64,000 nt of DNA from Eledone cirrhosa. Its lineage: Eukaryota. Location of the stretch: the NCBI GenBank assembly GCA_964016885.1, contig OZ024746.1, positions 84,816,001 to 84,880,000 of the forward strand. Reading direction: 5' to 3'. Each line of letters starts with the position of its first letter. Within the stretch, counting starts at the first letter, position 1. Positions 57,901 through 64,000 of this stretch are shown here, one piece after another. A program made the position numbers and the translations under genes. The notes beneath the pieces were generated by a model. It ran no database searches. It saw only the letters and a program-made list of their open reading frames with translations, and was not told the origin of the DNA.

Positions 57901-58521
57901 GTTATATAGAAGTAGACGTGAAAAAAAATAAAGTTAGGAACATATGGAATGAGTGAAATAAACGGAGGGAGAGAGAGAAAGAGTTAGAGTGGATGAGAGC
58001 GAGGGAGAGAGAGTTAAAGAGAGGATGAGAGTGGGTTTGGGAGTGATAGAGTTAAGGAATAGAGCACTAGGAGACAGAGGCGAACTCGAATAAATGGAAG
58101 GTATAATATAATGCAAAACACTGAAAATGAGAGAATGAGAGGTATGAGGGAGGGTGAGTGATAGAGAGAGAAAGATAGATAGATAGATAAAGAGAGACAG
58201 GCAACCAGAAAAAGATAGGACAAGAGAGACCCAAACGAAAGGGGTGAGAAAGAGGAAGAGAGAAAAATAATGGAAGAGATAGAGGAGAAGCAGAGTTTAT
58301 TGGTACGGAAGTGAGAAAAGTGTGAAAACACAGACGCATACACACACGTGGCATGAAGAAGAAGAAGAAGAAGAAGAAGAAGAAGAAGAAGAAGAAGAAG
58401 AAGAAGAAGAAGAAGAAGAAGAAGAAGAAGAAGAAGAAGAAGAAGAAGAAGAAGAAACAAATACAAAACAGAATTATTCAAACATGTAGTTGGAAGATAG
58501 AGATAGGACAATGTAACAACA

Positions 58522-58603
<82 letters not shown>

Positions 58604-59046
58604 GAGGTTTGAAGTGAAGTGTGACGAAGTGATGTGAAAGAATTTACAACCACATCATGGCGGCCTGTTAACGTAGAGGAGGAGACGAAAGACGAGAGAG
58701 AAAAGGCAAAGAGAGAGAGAGAGAGAGGGGGGGGGGGGAGTATTGCAGTTACTGAAGCCTGTTTGTAACTAATGAGAATGGCGCTTTGGCAAGACGTGCC
58801 GCACGGAAAAGGTAAAAAAGAAATGGAAGGTGGGGGGGGGGGGATAGAAGAGCGGTTTACATCCACAGAGACATATGCATATATGTACATGCATACACAC
58901 ACAGATACATAAGGTCACACACATATATAAATACATATACATACATGCAAATATGTGTGTGTATGTATGTGTGTTGATATGTACTCATACATGTACATAT
59001 AAATGTATATTATATATGTATATATATATATATATGTCTATGTGTG

Positions 59047-59165
<119 letters not shown>

Positions 59166-59239
59166 TATATATATATATATGCATACATATATATATATAT
59201 ATATGTATATATATATGCATACAGATATATACATATATG

Positions 59240-59362
<123 letters not shown>

Positions 59363-59473
59363 GTATGTATGTATCTAAATACATACATACATAAATACAT
59401 AAATACATACATACGCACACATATAAATTTATACATACATACATAGATACATACATACATTTATATATATATG

Positions 59474-59547
<74 letters not shown>

Positions 59548-59950
59548 CGTATGTATGTATGTGTGTATGAGTGTCCATAAGGAAAAACGGACGAGAGAAG
59601 TGTGATATATAGCAAAAAAGAAGAAAGATAGAAAGAGAAAGGAGAAAAGAAGCTGTGGTGACGGTCGAGAAAGATAGAGAGAAGCTAAAGAGAGTATGAG
59701 ATAGAAAGATAATAAAAGCAACAGAATTAGTAAGAGAGGAAGCTGTCGAGTAAAACGGAGAGGAACGCATAAAGCTGTTTATAACTAATGAGATTGAAGG
59801 TTTGGCAAGACATGCTAGGAACGGAAGGCAGGGAATATATACATGAAAGACACAGAGAGAGAGGTATAGAGAGCGAAAAACAGAGAGAGTAAGGGAGAGT
59901 AATGGAGAGAGAGAGAGACACAGGGGGGAGGGAGAGAGAAAGAGAAAATG

Positions 59951-60150
59951 NNNNNNNNNNNNNNNNNNNNNNNNNNNNNNNNNNNNNNNNNNNNNNNNNN
60001 NNNNNNNNNNNNNNNNNNNNNNNNNNNNNNNNNNNNNNNNNNNNNNNNNNNNNNNNNNNNNNNNNNNNNNNNNNNNNNNNNNNNNNNNNNNNNNNNNNNN
60101 NNNNNNNNNNNNNNNNNNNNNNNNNNNNNNNNNNNNNNNNNNNNNNNNNN
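59951..60150. other. Assembly gap (200 N)
   Basis: Direct. Confidence 1.
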
Positions 60151-60302
60151 TATACAAGAACCCAAATATTTCCAGTGATATACATTTTAAAATAGAAGAA
60201 GAAAATGATATTCATCTACTATCTAGTTAGCAATCGAATTATCTATCTATCTATCAATTTATCTATCCATCTATCTATCTATCTATCTATCTATCTGCCC
60301 GA

Positions 60303-60384
<82 letters not shown>

Positions 60385-60630
60385 TGTAATAGCTTCCTTC
60401 CTTCACTGGTACTCAAGTGTCCAACCGCCCATCCAATAACCTATTATTATTCCATTAAATTATTTGTCTACTGTCAAATATCCATACCTTGTGAATTCAT
60501 GCGACAGAAATGGTGCCCAATGATGCTTGCTTCACACAGTATTGTTAACAATGTAACAGCTGGCAGATAGGCCGAAATATAGGCTTAGGGGTATATATAC
60601 ATACATACATACGGACAAGTATACTATATA

Positions 60631-60703
<73 letters not shown>

Positions 60704-60755
60704 GTGAAGAGAGATAGAAAGAGATAGATAAATAGTGGCGTTATATATATATATA

Positions 60756-60829
<74 letters not shown>

Positions 60830-60882
60830 TATATATATATTCGTATAGCACTCTTTGTTATTGTTTTTGTTTTTTACTTTAC

Positions 60883-60913
<31 letters not shown>

Positions 60914-61180
60914 ATGAATATATAAATATATATGTATGTATATATATATATAGTATATATATTATATAATATATATAAAGATAGAGAGAGAGATAGAGAG
61001 ATAGAGATAGAGAGAGAGAGAGTGTGTGAGAGCGAAAGAGAGAGTGAGAGAGAGAGAGAGAGAAAGATAGAAGGATAGTGACAGGATAGATGAATGGATT
61101 TATAAATAGATCGATAGAGAATATGATGCACTCACACATACACACACACATGATACATATATAAATACGTACATACATAG

Positions 61181-61239
<59 letters not shown>

Positions 61240-61240
61240 G

Positions 61241-61940
<700 letters not shown>

Positions 61941-61977
61941 TATAATAAATATATATATATATATATAATATATATAC

Positions 61978-62019
<42 letters not shown>

Positions 62020-62302
62020 GGGATGGATAGGTGAATGGATTTATAAATAGATTGATAGATAACTTGATACACACATATACACACACAAACACACATATAT
62101 TTATATATATGTATGCATGTATGCACATACATAATACATGCATATATATATATATATATATATATATACAAACACACTTTCATACATATATGAAAGTATG
62201 CTGGAACTCCGTTTCTCTCCTTTGTTCTGTCCTACACCATTTACACAAAAAAGAGATGGTGTAGGACAGAACAAAGGATAAACACTTAAAAGAAAGACCT
62301 AG

Positions 62303-62343
62303 TCACTGAGGAGGTCACAGAATGTGTGACGAAAGAGCTTTGA
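62303..62343 (+). ncRNA. Minimal type I hammerhead ribozyme, family E (element ~62195-62466)
   Basis: TCA-CTGAGGA-G-GTCACA-GAATG-TGTGAC-GAAAG-AG-CTT^-TGA; followed by AATAAA and a tail into (TA)n. Confidence 0.75.
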
Positions 62344-62459
62344 GAATGTATAAACAACCTTCCGGTTACCGAACCGACCTGCCGGAAACTTATAATAAAT
62401 TGAAGTGAAAATCAACAGGTGCGTGTGTTTTTATTGGCAGCATGACTCACCCAAAGTAT

Positions 62460-62580
<121 letters not shown>

Positions 62581-63274
62581 TGTGTGTATGTATGAAAAAA
62601 GAGCGAATCCCTAGAGCTTTTATATGAAGTACCGTTTACCTTTCACTCTTTCATATTTCTTTTTGAAGAATGGAATATATATATATATAGGTTCTTTAAT
62701 TTGTCCTAAATCTCCGCTATATTTAATACTATATTTGTATTATTTCAATGTGAGAAATGTTATGAATCAGTTTACCCAAATACAAACTTTATGAGTTGTA
62801 GTGTTATTTATTTATTTGTATTAATATTTTTACTATTTTTTTTTTCATATTTATTTATTTATCTAATGATTCCAGTACCTAACATCTATGTAGTGGAGAT
62901 ATAGCACAATTGAAATTAATTAATATTTTCTTTTGATAAATTCGCCCACCCTACTTTATTATCAGAGCATCACAGTATTATTTTTATTGGTAACATATAT
63001 CTATTGCTGATATACAAATGGGAAATTTGTTGCTTGGTGTTTTTTTTCTTATAAATTATAATTTAATATAGTAACTATTTTTACTTTCAATATTAGTATT
63101 CATTTCATTATCTTAATTAAGTACCATGAAATTATAATTATTGGCCCTACGTAACATTCCATCCATGACCCCACAACTTACGTTGAAATTTAAACCTAGA
63201 GGAGCTCATCCCATTCCATGTCGGGACACAGCTGATTTCTTCTTCTTCTTCTTCTTCTTCTTCTTCTTCTTCTT

Positions 63275-63311
<37 letters not shown>

Positions 63312-63690
63312 TGGGAGAGAGGGAGGTAGAGGAGAGGGTGGGTGTAGAAGAGAGAGTTAGAAAGAGGGAAGAGGGGGATGTAGAGGAGAGAGGGGGGTGT
63401 AGAGGAGAGATGGGGAGGGGGAGATAGAGGAGAGATAGGGGGTGGAGATGGGGGTAGAGGAGAGAGAGGGAGAGAGGGGATGTAGAGAGAGAGAGAGAGA
63501 GAGAGAGTAAGAAAGAAAGAGGGGGAGAAGTGGAGGTAGAGGAGAGAGAGGGAGAGAGGGGATGTAGAGGAGAGAGAAAGAGAGAGAGTAAGAAAGAAAG
63601 AGGGGGAGAAGTGGAGGTAGAGGAGAGAGAGGGGAGAGAGGGGATGTAGAGGAGAGAGAGAGATAGAAAGAGAGTAACAAAGAAAGAATT
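63275..63690 (+). repeat. Polypurine (GA/GGA) tract with internal ~80-bp duplication
   Basis: GAGTAAGAAAGAAAGAGGGGGAGAAGTGGAGGTAGAGG at ~63504 and ~63586. Confidence 0.85.
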
Positions 63691-63900
63691 GAGAAAGATA
63701 TATAAAGGAAGAATCTACTTAATTTTGAACCTGTATATTATTTATCGAACTTTAAAGGATGAAAGGCAAAGTTGACCTCGGCGGTATTTGATCTTAGCCC
63801 ACAAAGTGCCAGATCACATACTTCTTTTATGTAACTTTCCTTGGGATGAACCAAAACTACACCCCCAAATTACCCATCATATACAAGGTTATATTATAGT

Positions 63901-63948
<48 letters not shown>

Positions 63949-64000
63949 ATTTTCTGTTAAATTTAATCTCTGCTTTTATTTCGCTCCTCTTTTCGTTAAA

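Noticed and set aside
59429-60215. ORFs spanning the N-run
   Set aside because: Artefacts of the assembly gap.

Overview
AT-rich, microsatellite-saturated eukaryotic non-coding DNA. Its repeat landscape strongly resembles octopus (coleoid cephalopod) genomes; this is an inference. There is one 200-nt assembly gap and no intact protein-coding gene, and nearly all listed ORFs are translations of (TA)n, (TACA)n, (CA)n, (GA)n or (GGT)n. Recognisable repeats: about 25 copies of a tRNA-derived SINE, 5 CORE-type SINEs, RTE LINE fragments, three copies of a bipartite non-autonomous RTE element (one with a 5' inversion), R4/Dong-like 3' ends in (TACA)n arrays and a Tc1/mariner MITE. The most striking signal is a set of at least 7 sequence-unrelated families of small elements inside (TA)n arrays. 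Most carry minimal type I hammerhead ribozyme (HHR) motifs, as in Penelope-like pLTRs and retrozymes, and most are asymmetric fold-back palindromes. In the short copies the hairpin apex repeatedly falls in or beside the HHR core/stem II, and the short arm ends at a TA microhomology. This suggests snap-back retrotransposition templated by the ribozyme hairpin. All alignments and folds were done by eye, and boundaries are approximate to a few bases.
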